The translations under genes and the position numbers were made by a program. DNA of 64,000 bases, taken from Octopus sinensis. Taxonomy: Eukaryota. The notes below the pieces were generated by a model. That model was not told the DNA's origin. It did no database searches and saw nothing but the letters and a program-made list of their open reading frames with translations. Shown here in pieces: positions 14,136-28,700 of the stretch (position 1 is its first letter; the number at the start of each line of letters is the position of its first letter). The DNA is taken from assembly GCF_006345805.1 (NCBI RefSeq), contig NC_043000.1:85746001-85810000 (forward strand). The letters are read 5' to 3'.

Positions 14136-17100
14136 GTAAGACAGGTAAAGAAAAAAAATATTTTGCCTTTTTCACAATGAAGGCATTTTTGTTTTATATA
14201 TTTTTACGTGTCTCAATATACATATATTTATGCCTATTTGACCCACCATTTTAGCAAATATTGTGCATAGGATTTTCAGTTTAGTACTGAAGAAACAAGA
14301 GGTAACTTCCCAGCATGCTGGGAGTATAGTATAGTTTCGGCTGTTTTTTGAAGCCATTTCACTTCACATATAATGGCCTTTGGAAAGGCATTAATACTGT
14401 CAACTGTTATTTCTAACTCCTTCAAAATTTTGAAACTGTATGTCTAATTTAAGAAATGAAATTACATCACCCTTAAGTGTGTCAAATTTTCAAATATTTA
14501 GAATATGTTGATGGACATATACATACATATTTGTTTAGTGAATTTATTCCAAGAAACAAAACTTAAATATGTGAGAATATAAATCTAACCTGGAAGTTCA
14601 GCAGTAGCATAATGTGTATGTGTGTGTGCTTATATATATCTGTCTTTCTCCCATGCTGGCATTGGTTGGATAGTTTGACAGGATTCATCTGGTCAGAGGA
14701 CTGCATCATGTTCCAATGTCTACTTTAACATGGTGTCTATAACTGGATGCCTTTCCTAATGGCAACCACTTTATAGTGTGCATTGAGTACTTTTTTCATG
14801 GCTCCAGCACAAGTGAGATTACCATGAAGCTCACAAGACTAAGATCTAATTGAGTAGGGCTACAATAGAGGGGGAAGCAGCTTTATGCTAGGTGATGTAA
14901 AGTTGAAGTATGAGGGAAGTCTACCTTTTTGGAACATGTTTCTTACTGTAGTGGAGATATATGACTGCTCACATTATACGGAAGTTGGTGGGAGTAGTCA
15001 GTGTGTATTTGAAAAGAGAGATAAAGATGGTGGCATGTCAGGGTGGGCCCTGGGGAGAGGAGAATGGGAAGAGTGAGTGGGTAGGGGTAGCAAGAGTGTA
15101 TGGAGAGTGAGGCATGGTTGGAGATGGGGTAGGGGTGAAAATATATTGAATGATGAAGAAGCATCAAGGTGCTCAGTGATAAATATGAGTTATATGGAAG
15201 GTAGGAGGGAGTAGATGATGATTAGAGATTGGTAAGGATATAGGAGTGAATGTAATGAATGTTGGAAGGGTAATATTAACCATAAAGGATGGATGCTAAG
15301 TCAGTTGGTTCCTGGTATTGAAAAAGATAATTGGTATTATAGAAAAGATGATAGAATAGATAGTTCTGTCCTCAATTAATAGAAGCTGTGGAATACTGCA
15401 GTTAGGCAAGTGATAGTGAAATGAAAAGGTGGGGGTGGTTTGATGAGGAAATTAAGTGTGGGTCCCAATTGTGTATATAAACATACTTCCTGAACCTCAG
15501 TTTTTCTGTGATGGGATGGTTTCCTGAAACATTGCATATTGCCAGTTGTCCTTTATCATCTCATTTGTGAAATTCAAACTTCTGAGATCAGCCATCACAA
15601 CTTCATTCCATGTCTTCGTGGGTCTCACTCGTCTACAAGTTCCATCCACCTAAAGATTGGAGCCTGGTGCAGCCATCTGGTTCGCCAGCCCTCAGTCAAA
15701 ATCGTCCAACCCATGCTAGCATGGAAAGCGGATGCTAAACGATGATGATGATGATGGCCTCTAGCAGGTTGAAGCATGTTACTTTGTCTAGCTTTGAGAT
15801 CATACTGTGTTTATAGTATGACTTTAAAGGGATCTACTTTGGATGAAGTACTGCAACTTTTGGCCGCCATGGGTTTTGCAGTAAATCACTAAATCATCCA
15901 TAACTTTTGTATTATCCTCTTAAATTACACCAAAATCTCAGACAATAACAATTAATATCGCATTTATTCTCTGTGAAAATTATAGAATATAAAACAACTT
16001 TGATAAAAACTTATACCTACTTTTCTGACGAAAACAATGCCGTTCTGAACATTTTGACCGCAACTGTATATAATAATAATAATATTAGGGAGTATAACTC
16101 CAAACTTACAGAACCCTCTAAAATAAAATGTATATAATATATATTAATTTATTCTACTGCTTTTTATTTTATACATTTATTTTGATTCAAGATTTTATCA
16201 TTTAGTTCAGTAGTAGAACTATTGAAGGACAAAATTCTGTTTATGGTCAAAAATACACAATGTTTATTATCATTATCTTCTATAATTAACTCCCATTCAA
16301 TATTTATAAATACACACAAACACATAGTCAACAAAGTTTATTATAGAAAATAAAGATAATAAATCTCCTTGGGTATTTTTATTCTTATAGGAGTTGAACT
16401 CTTTGTCCTCTTCGTTCTACCATTGAACTACATGATAAAAATTATCAAAAAATTAATATATAAACAAATTATTTCGCAGGGCAATACACGCACACTCTAT
16501 GATCAGATATGTATAGGCTTGGTAGTACAAACAGGAATACATATATTTTAATTGGTAGAAGTTACAAAGTGACTTAGGCTAGTAGGCTTTTAACTTCTTT
16601 ATGAAATTGAAAGCTTTTTTAATGTCTTTAGCTTGGATATGCACAGACTTGATTGGTTCAAGATTTCAACAGAGCTGTAGAGTGTTATGAAACGTAGTTA
16701 GTATTAAGAGGTTAAGAAAGCCAACGTGTAATTGTCAAGATGTAGACCTTTGCTCTTAAAAGGTAAATACTTAGAGAAAAGCATTGTATTTTGGGCTGAT
16801 GTCTCTACCAGCAATACATGTTATATAGGACTTAGAAGACACTCTTTCAGAAGTTGCCTGTGTCATCACAACAGTTCTATCATCACCACAAGAAAAAGAT
16901 TTATTTGAAAGCAGATTTTGATACCACAGGACAAAGTAGAGCCAACCAGAATCTTATAGGAGTATTAGATAAGAAATTTAAGAAGGAATGAAAGTCCTCA
17001 TACTTCTGTCCAGAAAGTTTGTGCCGATTTTTGAAGGAAAGGAAAAGGTCAATAAATACTTGCCATTACATTTTTAATCAACCAAATATGAACCATTTTT

Positions 17101-19706
17101 TTGCACAATGCGTCTCCATCTTTCCTTTAACTTGAAAATACTCTCTTCCCAGAATTGAGGTGGTTTTATGGCAAAGAATTCCTCAAGGTATCTTTTTACA
17201 TCATCCAAGGAATTGAAATTTTTACCATTAAGACTATTCTGCAGAGACCTGAATAAGTGGAAATCTGAAGGAGCAATATCTGGTGACTATGGAGGGTGGG
17301 ATAACACATCCCAGCCGAGCTGCAGCAATTTTTGTCTGGTTCCCAAAGAAACGTGCGGTCTTGCATTATCATGTTGGAAAACAACACCCTTCCTGTTAGC
17401 CAATTCTGGACGTTTCTCATGAATTGCTGCTTTTAACTCATCCAGTTGTGTGCAGTTGTTCTCAGAATTAATTGTTTGGTTACTTGGGAGAAGCTCGTAG
17501 TACATAATTCCTTTCCAATCCCGCTTTTGGGGTGGCTAAGGATCGCTTTCTCTGAACATTTCGGTAGATAATCCATTTCTCATCACCTGTCACAATTTGC
17601 TTTAAAAAAGGTGCATTTTCATTCCATTTATAAAGCGAATCACAGATGGAAATGCGGTCCAAAAGGTTCTTCTCTCTCAACTCATGTGGTACCCAAACAT
17701 TGTAGCAATTTGTATACCCAAGCTTTACCAGGTGTTCATGAATGATGGATTTTGATAGGTTGAGGCTTTCTGCCAATTCTCGGGTTGTGCAATGTGGGTT
17801 ATTTGCAATTAATGACTTGATTTGGTCACAGTTCTTTCGGATAAAGAAACATCACCGTAAACTGCGCATATTTCTTTGGTTGCTTGTGAGGCATTTTCCC
17901 TTTACGGAAAAAGAAAAGCATCACATGCCAAAAATGAACTTATCTTCCATTTTAAAGGGTTACAGAATTAACATAGGTTATAGGAACATAAACCTTCTTC
18001 CACGAAAAGATAGCTTAAACTGTGCTCTAAATGGAGGTGTAGTCAAATCCTATTTTATGGACTCAACCATGTTCTAAAATAAGTTGAAAGGTAAGCTACT
18101 ATAAATCGGCACAAACTTTCCAGACAACCCAATACTTCAGTCTTAAAAAGAAAAATAGATGAATTAATTTTGGCTAACTGACACTCCCACTAAATTCCTC
18201 CTTGATAATTTCAAAAAAGGTCCTCTCCTTGATGCATAATAAAAAGCAACTAAGATCTGTTCCACTTACATTGCCTACAGTCATTTTGCCACATTCAAAC
18301 TTGCTATGTGAGGTCAACTGACTGAATGAAATTGCAGTTTAGTTTATGTAATCCCTTGTTATCTAAAAGGCTCTACACCAGTGGTTCCAAAAGTGGGCGC
18401 TACTGCCCCTCTGGGGGAAGTAGAAAGATCCAGGGGCCCGCTGAAAAAAAATGGAGTGGCCAAAAGGGGGTCAGTGGATGTAAAAACAACAAAATTTAAG
18501 TTTTATTTGCGAAATGCAGTTTTGAACTTGATGTATAAAGTCGTCTTTGTTTGTGGTGTTAAGTGGCGTGGGTGGGGGTGGGGCGAACTAAGAATGTGGC
18601 CCAGGTGCCAAGGGAGTGGCAGCCCCCAAAAGTTTGGGAACTACTGCTGTACACAAAGTTTCATTGAGTACTTTTTTTATTATTGTACCACAACATAAAT
18701 TAAGTATATATATATATATATATATATATCATCATCATCATCATTTAACGTCCGCTTTCCATGCTAGCATGGGTTGGACGGTTCAACTGGGGTCTGGGGA
18801 GCCCGAAAGCTGCACCAGTCCAGTCAGATCTGGCAGTGTTTCTACAGCTGGATGCCCTTCCTAACGCCAACCACTCCGAGAGTGTAGTGGGTGATTTTAT
18901 GTGCCACCGGCACAGGTGCCAGACGAGGCTGGCAAACGGCCACGCTCGGATGGTGTTTTTATGTGCCACCGACACAGGTGCCAGACGAGGCTGGCAGACG
19001 GCCACGCTCGGATGGTGTTTTTATGTGCCACCGACACAGGTGCCAGATGAGGCTGGCAAACGGCCACGATCGGATGGTGCTTGTTACGTGCCCACAGCAC
19101 GGAGGCCAGTCGATGCGGTACTGGCTACGGCCACGTTCGGATGGTTTTCTTGTGTGCCACGTGCCACCGGCACTGGTACCACAAAGATACAAATTCCATT
19201 GATGTTCATCTATTTTGATTTGTTTTGATTTGATTTTCACTTGCCTCAACAGGTCTTCACAAGTGTCACAAGAAGGAAGGTATGCACAGGTGGACTGACT
19301 ACGTCCCAGGTAGGGGCCATGGGTTATGGCCTGACTAGTCTTGCCGGGTCTTCAGATGGTGTTTTTATGTGCCACCGACACAGGTGCTAGATGAGGCTGG
19401 CGAACGGCCACGATCGGATGGTGTTTGTCATGTGCCCACAGCACGGAGGCCAGTCGATGCGGTACTGGCTACGGCCACTTTCGGATGGTTTTCTCTTGTG
19501 TGCCACCGGCACTGGTACCACAAAGATACAAATTCCATTGATGTTCATCTATTTTGATTTGTTTTGATTTGATTTTGATTTTGATTTTCACTTGCCTCAA
19601 CAGGCCTTCACAAGTATCACAAGGAGGAAGGTATGCACAGGTGGACTGACTACGTCCCAGGTAGGGGCCATGGTTTATGGCCTGACTAGTCTTGCCGGGT
19701 CTTCGG

Positions 19707-19737
<31 letters not shown>

Positions 19738-22700
19738 CCCGGGATCAAGGTGTAGGAAGAAAGCTAGCTTCAAGCAATTCGTAGTAAATATAAAAAAACA
19801 ACTTTCGAGGACAATAGTGGTTGTGGATTTTTTTCATATTGAAGAACGATAACCAGAAATAAAAGTTCTTTTTATATTCCACGGTAGGCAACCAGGGTTG
19901 CCTGGTGTGTGAACAAGAATTAAAGAATGGAGTAGGTAAAATTCAGGTTACATATGTTTCATAGTTGGCGGAACCTCAGAAGTAGTAAAAATTAATATAT
20001 CCTTGGCCTGAAGAGTAGCCAGTGGTATACACCTCGCTTGGATTTTTACCATTTCTGAGGTTCCGCCTCCTATGAAACATGTAGCCCAGATCTTACCTTT
20101 TCCATTCTGTAACACTTGTGTGTATGTGTGCAGGTATGGCTGTGTGGTAAGAAGCTTACTTCCAAGCATATCACCATGGGCAAGTGTCTTCTACTATAGC
20201 CCCAAACCAACTGAAATCTTGTGACAGAAACTGAAAGAAGCCTGTCATCAATATATACACATACATATATAACAAGCAAAAGAAGAAAGGAAAGATAGAA
20301 GGTACATATATATATATGCATGTGCAAGTGTGAAGACACACACCAATATCTAGTTTTATGTTTCTTTGAATTGAGACATTGTTAAAATGTAGTTTAATAT
20401 TGCAGAATTTCACAACCAAAATTGCACAGAAAAAGTATGAACCACTCTTGTTGCTTGGTTGTTCCCCAAAATTTGAAGTTCCTTACAAGGCATATTGTTT
20501 TATTATTATGCACAAAAGAAAGAAATTGGGTAGTTTATTTTTACATTCTAGAGGGTTTCTGATTTTTTAAACTTGTGCAGCAATTTTGTCAATTTTTGAA
20601 CTGAAGTAATTAAGAAAGCAAACATTAATTCAGAAATCTGGTGAAATTATAGCATTATGCAAGCAATGAAAGATATTAAAGATGCTTAAGAAGAAGTTAA
20701 ACCTACATATTTTATTGGAGTCTGGACAAAATTGTGACTGAATGTAGACCATAGGATAGAAGATGAAAGTGTCAATCAACAATAATTTTGTGTAAGTGGG
20801 ATTTGAAGAAGTTGATGCAGGTGACATTCAGGATTTAGTGCATGCTGATAACATTACTCTCACCTATGAAGACCTTGAAAGGTTAATAGACCTACAAGTT
20901 CAAGCTCAGATACTGAAAAAGAAGCTCCTCCACAACTTCTTTTAACAACAGATTTTATCTAAAAGTCTTTGTGAAACAACTTATGTTTAAGAATGTTTTT
21001 TAGAATATGATTTGTTTTAAATGAAATCTAAAAGGATTTGTATTTGTAGCACTGAATTGTTGTAAGGAAGTATTGTTATGTAGGAAGAATGCAAAGCATT
21101 CAATCTTTAATACCTGTTTTTTTTATAAAAATAAAAATTTATCAGAACCAGTAGTAGCATATTTATTGTTTGGCATTTTTATTTGTTGCATAAATGAAAG
21201 AAAGTATATTTTCTTAATTAAATTATAATTTTGTTGGAAGGATATTGTCTAAATATGTCATGTTAGGTTTAGTGTATTTGAAATATACGTGAGCTTATTT
21301 GCTGCAAATAATTGAAAGTATTTATTTGCATAAGAATTATGTGTTACTATTCTCTGGTAACAAATTTTCTACTTATGAAATAAAAGTGTGGGACATTAAT
21401 TCTGTCAATTGAGGTAATGATGTGTGTATATGTGTACACATACAAACTCTCTCATTTTAATAAATTTAGCTTTCATTTGTTGGCACTCAACTAATGCTTA
21501 TTTATTGTTTTATTTTATTTTTAGTTGGAGTGGATAGTTCAAGTAATGGTTATAACAACAATAGAATTAACCAGCGTATCCATAGCAACATAATGGACAA
21601 CCAAGATTTAGCAAAACTGGACTTTATTGAAAATGCCCAACCACTTGGAGGTAGTTTTACACACTCTTACAGGTGAAAATATATTTATCCTTTTCATATT
21701 ATTTTTCTATTTTAAATTTGTATTGATAGTGCTTTTTCTTTCTAAAAACTCATTGTTTTTTACCAATTTTGAATTCTTATCCTTGTCTCCGAAACATTTC
21801 TACTGTCCAGTCTATACTTTATATTCTAACTTCTGTCTGTGTAGAATCTCTATCTTTATTTTCCATCCATTTCATTAGGCTGATTCAAGTACTCACTTCC
21901 TCAGTTTTAGAAGTTCATGAAATCTCTATTTCTCCAATCATCAGCTGTTTGACTACCTTTCATTCTGTATTGAGAATATATCTACTAATTTTTTTTCTTT
22001 TGGAATTATCCTTGATGAGTTCAGTATGTGCTAATCCTCTTGGACTAAAACAATCCTCTCATTCTGCCACATTATAGAAGCTTACTCAATTTTCCATCCT
22101 CAACTGTTTGTACCAGTTTGTCTCTTCACTTACTAAGTATCCTCAACTGAGACAATCATCATCGTTACCACCTACCATCTAGGCATTTCCTAAGTTGTAA
22201 TGGGTCGGATGGTTTGACATTCAACCCATGCCAGCTCGACCCATGATGGATCAAACTACTCTGACAGGTCAGAGTACTATGTCTTTCTCTAATGTCTTAG
22301 TTTCTACTATTGAATGCTCTTCCTAACATCAATATCTTTACAGAGTATACTGGGTGCATTTTTTGTTGCACTAGCACTATAGAGGTTGCCTTATTGTCAG
22401 CAGGACTAAAGAGCCTTCTGAAGTCTTACATTGCTTTTTGCTTGATTTGATTTACCAGCCATTTACAGAATGTACTGGGTGCTTTTTGTGGCACCAGCTT
22501 TTTGTGGAGTCATCTTGTAGATTGTAAAGCAAAGGAGCCTCTTGATGGATGAAAGAATGCCCATTGGTCATTATCATCAATTGTATCTGTGTTGAACATA
22601 CTTTATCACCAAACGTTCTCCAAATATCTTTTACCATTTTCTAATCTCCAAACATAGCCTTTCCTCTGTGTACACATTTTCTGCTCCTTCAGATCATTTA

Positions 22701-25700
22701 ATCACTGCTTAATTAAGGGAACCCATTCCATTATTCTGCTGCACAACAATTCCAGCCTCTGTTCAAACTGTTTGGGATTTCAAACCTGCTAACTGGTTGG
22801 AATTCTGCTGTTTTGTTACTGTCTCCCCTTGATAAAAAGTATAGATGACTGATACCATTCACTTAGATATACATTATGACACTTTTCGCAACCAAAGTTT
22901 ACCACCCCTAAATCACTAAGTGAGCCACTCATAGCAATGTTGCACCAATACAGGTGAGGGACATGGTTTCAATACTTGGAGTAAATTATCCAGATGCTGC
23001 AAGATGGCTGTCAGGAAATCAAGTGATATTTTCAATGATTGCATGGTGTGAAAACTCACAAGCTTCTCAAGTTTCAGCTGGATCTCTCATTAAAGAATTC
23101 TTTACCAATTTACCATAAGTCTCCTCCTATTACTCATTAATTGAGATGGCTTTGTAAGTAGCTCTTTTGCAGATAAAGCTGTTGGTAATTCACAGAGCAA
23201 AATTCTTATTGAACTTTATTGAACCTACAGTTATTAAGTGTATGCAGTATAAGATAATTGCTCCTAACAGTATTCCTTTCATTAAACACTCATTCTGACC
23301 TTGTTGGATCCTAACATCACCATACGCTTCATTATGTCTCCCTGTACCCCGTACTCTGAGAATGCAAAACAATATACAATATCTCAATTCCAAGAATAAC
23401 CTGTTATCTTCACTTTCCAATCTCAAAATAGAACTCATAACCAAGTTGGAAAAGAATAAGTAAGGGAGATAACTCATCCTTTACGTGCTAAAACATCTTT
23501 TGCCGAAATGCAGAATTAAAACACTCCCTCTTTTGTAAAGAAATGAAATTCCTAATGAACTATTAAGATGTAAATTTAGTAATAGTATTTATGACTCTAT
23601 AACTTTTCAAACATAGGCAAACATATCATTATATTCCAGTAATTTAGCTTCTGCATTAGAGTCACTTTTATATATATTTTTTTATAGCCTGGACCAGAAG
23701 AAATTAGCCAAAGAGGTTGAAGGATACCATTTAGAAAATGGTGTCTTATGAAAAAAGTAAAAATTAACCTAGAGGAGTCTTATTTATAGTAGTTAAGAGA
23801 GTGAATTGAATGAAGTATTTCAAAAATACCATCTTCCTAATGAGATTTTGGAAGATTCCATGACTTGAAAGACAACAGTACCATCTTCCATATTCTCTGA
23901 CTGGTTTTTCACATCGTAATGGATAGTTCTGCTTAACATGATCCTTTTTGTGTTAGAAAATGTTATACTTCCATATATATGATTTAGGCTTTTTTGTTAC
24001 TGTGGATAGTGTTGGTAGTTCCAACTTGAGAGAATGGCTCTTTGGGACATTGGTAATATCAGCACCAAGGAAATTAAGAGGGGAACATGACTATTCATCA
24101 ACTGCCATTAAAAGAAATTTTTTGTGATATTGACTGTTTAGGTCTTCCATAGACTGAGTAGCTCTTACAGCATGTTGGTCCATAAGATTGTGAAATTAAG
24201 GTTTTATAGTTCGGAGCATATTCTCAGCTATAACAGATCTTACAAACATCCTTTGTAGAAAATCAAAGATTTTTTTTTTGCCATTTCATAATAAAGCAAT
24301 CTTCTCATGTCTGGGTAACATGGTTCCTTGTGAATAGATTGAATAAATTTATACTCTAGTTGAACAGAACATTATATTTGAGACAAAACATTAGTACTGA
24401 CATTCTATTTTCCATATCAGTGGAAAATGTCAAACCTATATGTAGTACTGTGGTGTTGGTACACAAAATCTTTGATTCAGACTCCTCAATTTATGGTACC
24501 ACTATTTCTGACTCCTATTTGTAATTAGACTTATATATTTCTTATGTTGATTGAAAACATACAGCATGCTTGGACAATGTGGATCATCAGTTTACTATTT
24601 AGCACCCTAATATGTTAAAATTGGAATTTAAATGCTATTAGCTATGCCTTTGTGACTTTTTAAAAATTATCTATCAAAGAAGTTAGAAATAATTAAGTAT
24701 AAGACATGAAAAATAAGAAAAGATGTTTTCATCAAAAGTTTACAAAGTAAAAAGATAGAAAAGAAGTAATAAAAATACTATAAAAGGAAACTAGGAACCC
24801 CTTTGTTTATCAGTTCAAAAAATCAAAAATGCATGAAGTTAAAATTAATGGATTCAACTACAGGAACTGAACAAATGACCATTTTAATGGAAATAAATGC
24901 AATTAGATACATAACCATTTCTTTTCAAGAATAAAGCATTGTTGGAATTAAAATTGAATGTGAACAATTGCATGAAATAATAAAAATAATTATATTGTAA
25001 AACACTGAAGAGTTTGTTTCAAAATCTATTAAAGGAAACTTGTTTAATCAAAAATACAACTAAAAAATGACTAATGTCTTTGTTTTTAGAAACAATTATT
25101 TCTACTAGATTTTCCTTTGTAGAAGTTCTTAAAATCATTTATTTTCAAACTTTTATGTGAAACTGGAAATTTTAAAAGGTTTATATTACATTTTAACTTA
25201 ACTTTAGTCTGAGTTGGGAGATTCAGTACATTTTTATCAACTCCAACTCCAGTAATCCAAAAGTTTCTCATGATTCCAACTTGTCCTGCCTCTGTGAAGA
25301 AAATTTGATTTCCTAGCATACTGTTTTGTTGTTTTTTATTTTGAATTTATCAAATTTACCAAACTTAAATTGGATTCTTTGATAATGTGGGTAAAGTGTT
25401 TCTCTTGGAAATAGTGCTGCCAATGGTCGAAGCACTCAATAATCACAGCAGCTACCTTCTTAACTGAAAGGATAAAAGATTCACTTTTAGAAGGGGAAAG
25501 TTGTGACCAAAACAATGTCTGGTACATCAGTCTGAACAGTAAATGGAACAGAATTGTCTGTAGCATAGAAAAAAACATTTTCTATATCAATTTTGTTTGA
25601 AAGCAATAACTATTCCTTGAGAAATAAGAAAAGTAGTAAATTTCATTAAAAGTCTTGTTTTATTTGAAAAAGTATCACCCATTTGCTGTAATAAACTAGC

Positions 25701-28700
25701 AACAGAAAAATTTTTGGAAGTGGGTACTTTAAGAAATTTAAGAGGAAGCAATCTTCCAGGCTCTGGTGTTATTTTATAGTTATTTTGACTGCAATAACCA
25801 AAGAAATTGATTTTGTCTTACCAAAATTGTATTTAAAAAAAATGTTATGAAATGTCTTTAAATTTCTCTCTTGATCTGTAATGGAGTCACAGCATACAAT
25901 AATGTTATCAAAATGTAACTAGATATAAGGCTGTGGAATAATTTACTTTTATATGCCACAACATTTATGAAACCAAATGGAAGTTTACTGTCACAATTGC
26001 TACAAGGCTGGAAAATAGTTTAAAGACAGTCTTTAATCATTTGATAAAGGTCATGTCATATTGATCTTGCTAAAATATAAATATTGGTATTTAGCAGAGA
26101 TTATCTATCAAAGGAAAAGCATCAAGAAGAGCAAAAGGGTTGAGAAATCTGACAAAACACTTGTTTGATTTTTCACTTTTATTTTATTATCTGAGAGCTC
26201 TCCATAGTGTGTTAGCTCTGTGATGCTTTTGATTAGGTAGTTTAACCTTTTGTCTTATGAATTTGCCCACAGAATACTTTTCTGTTAGGTGCAGTAATGA
26301 GATTTGAATTTAAATTTTGTACAGTGCAAATTGGTGAAATCAAGCAAAATTTGATAACATTAGAGGGTTTGCAGAGGCATTAAACTTAAAATCTGAAGAT
26401 TGTTGAGACATAAAACTGCGTCCCAGTATTACATGTGAGCAGAAGCTGCATATAACTACTAGCAATTGCTATTTGCACAACTTTTCAGTATATTGGCTGT
26501 CAAGTTTGTATGTTCTTGGAACTGCATTGATGCTGTCATAATATTACCTCTGAATGGTTTAATAACTAAATCGTTCTACTGAACAATATCATCTTTGATA
26601 ATATTGTCAGTGTTTTCACTGTCAAATAAAGCTAGTATTGACTGATTGTTAATTAAGCTATTGTGTGCATGAGATAAAGGATGTTACAGTAAAACTAGAA
26701 AACTTAAATTTGCAGACGTTAATGCTTTAGAGATTGGTTCATTGCCTGTTTATTATGTGATTAGCATACCAGAGAATAATGGGTTTTTTTCTCATGCTTG
26801 TAACATAGGGTATTTCTTGTTGGACATTTTCTGCAGCCTTTATACAGGGTGGGGCAAACAACATCTATCATATGGTGTTCGTTTTCACTGATGCATTTCT
26901 GAAGGCGTTCTTATACTTCAATTGTCCAATGTATGGGGCTTATGCACATACACACGTACCTTGAGGTTTTCCCACAAGAAATAATCACACATGGACAAAT
27001 CAGGGGACTGAAGGGGCCAAGGAATGTCAGCAAACCTGGAAATGAGATGGTCACAGAAGAGAGGGCGAAGAATGTCCATTGATGCTCTGGCTGTGTGGGC
27101 TGTTGCCCCATCCTGCTGAAACCACACACATTGAATAGGCATATATTTTCGTTGTAATTCAGGCCGTGCAGTGGTCTTTCGTGCAGTTCTCTTGGATTTT
27201 CAAGAGCCCAATAATGACAGTTCTGTTGATTCACTATGCCATTGAGATGAAAATTTACTTTATCATTCGTTAACAAACTGAGGTTGTCATTTGCTTCAAA
27301 AATTGCTTCCATCTGATGTGTGAAGTTAAGCCACTGTGCATTGTCCCATGGTTTCAACTGTTAACCAATTTGTACAGGTGGAAATGCAGGTCTTCTTTCA
27401 AAATATGCCTTACTGATTGATTACCGATGCCAAGTTAAGTGGAATGCCTCTGAGCAGAGTGATTTGGACTCCGTATCAAAGCTTACCTGACACATTCCAC
27501 ATTTTCTGGGTTCCATACTGTTGTGGCACTTCCACTAGTGTCCTATTCATTAGTGTATCTCATGTATGAAGTGCATTTATCCAATGTAAGATTGTGTTAT
27601 GGGTGGGAAGAGCCTGATTTCAGTGAATGTTGAAGTGGTGCTGAAACTCATGCTGAACTGCTATGACAGACTCAATATTCTTCATGTAACTGTTATAGGT
27701 AAACATGTGATGCTTTATCATCCACAGCGCCATGGCTTCACCTGAAATGAAAAAAAAATGCCAGGACACTACGGACCGAATGGTACTTATTGGACATATG
27801 TTCCTCCCACTAGAGCTGTATAGTAGCTATTTTAAAAACGTCCATCCTCTCTGTCTCACCCTGTACTTCCTCATGCACAAAAATGAGAATAGACTTCTGA
27901 GAAGCAGCTGCTGAAATAATTTCTTGTTTGGTGTTCCTCCTTTGTCACAATATTTACAATGACAACATTGTTATAAGTGCTAGCATCCTTTTGAGCAAAG
28001 TTCACTGCTCTGGCTGTGATATTGCTGTTTCTAATTTCTAGTAGTCCAAGCTTTAGACTTGTCAAAATTATTCTGAAATTAAAGGCAGCCAGTATCAAAT
28101 TATTCACTGCCTTGAAGTTGCATTCTTTAGCCAGGAGTTTTAAGGCTTGAAGACCTTATTTCAGGTGTTTTATAGCTTGTTGCTTGTGAGTTATGAGCGA
28201 TGTCTTTCAAAATCCTCATTCATTAGTTTAATGTTGATATCCTGTAAGGTAATTTGTGTTCTTTTAAATGTCACAATATGCTAAAGATTCAAATATTTCC
28301 TGTGATATGAAGGCATGATGTTTATTGAGGTCTGGAATACTGGTAAGAAAATCAATGTGTAATCAATGTTTGAATTCTTAAGAGACAAAGCCAATTGAAA
28401 AGGAATTGTGTTGGGTCTTCTGGGACACAAATCTTTGTTCATATTTGATTCATTGAAGAAAAGGTAATAAAAAGTAATGATTAGAGATTCTAGCACTAGA
28501 CTTAAGAAATGTCCACAACTGGACATTTAGCTAAGGACAACTCAACATTACAGGATAAGCTATTAATAGATGTACAGGGCCAATAAACACTGAAGATGTA
28601 CAGAAAACAGATTCCATCGCATGCAGGGGAAAAACTAGAAGTAGTTGATAGCTTCTGTTACCTAGGTGACCAAGTCAGTAGTGGGGGTAGGCACTCTGAG

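Noticed and set aside
18745-19557. Cluster of overlapping 60-155 aa ORFs and a CRISPR-like periodic look
   Set aside because: These come from GC-rich tandem repeats inside a retroposon. The units are contiguous with no unique spacers and no cas genes.
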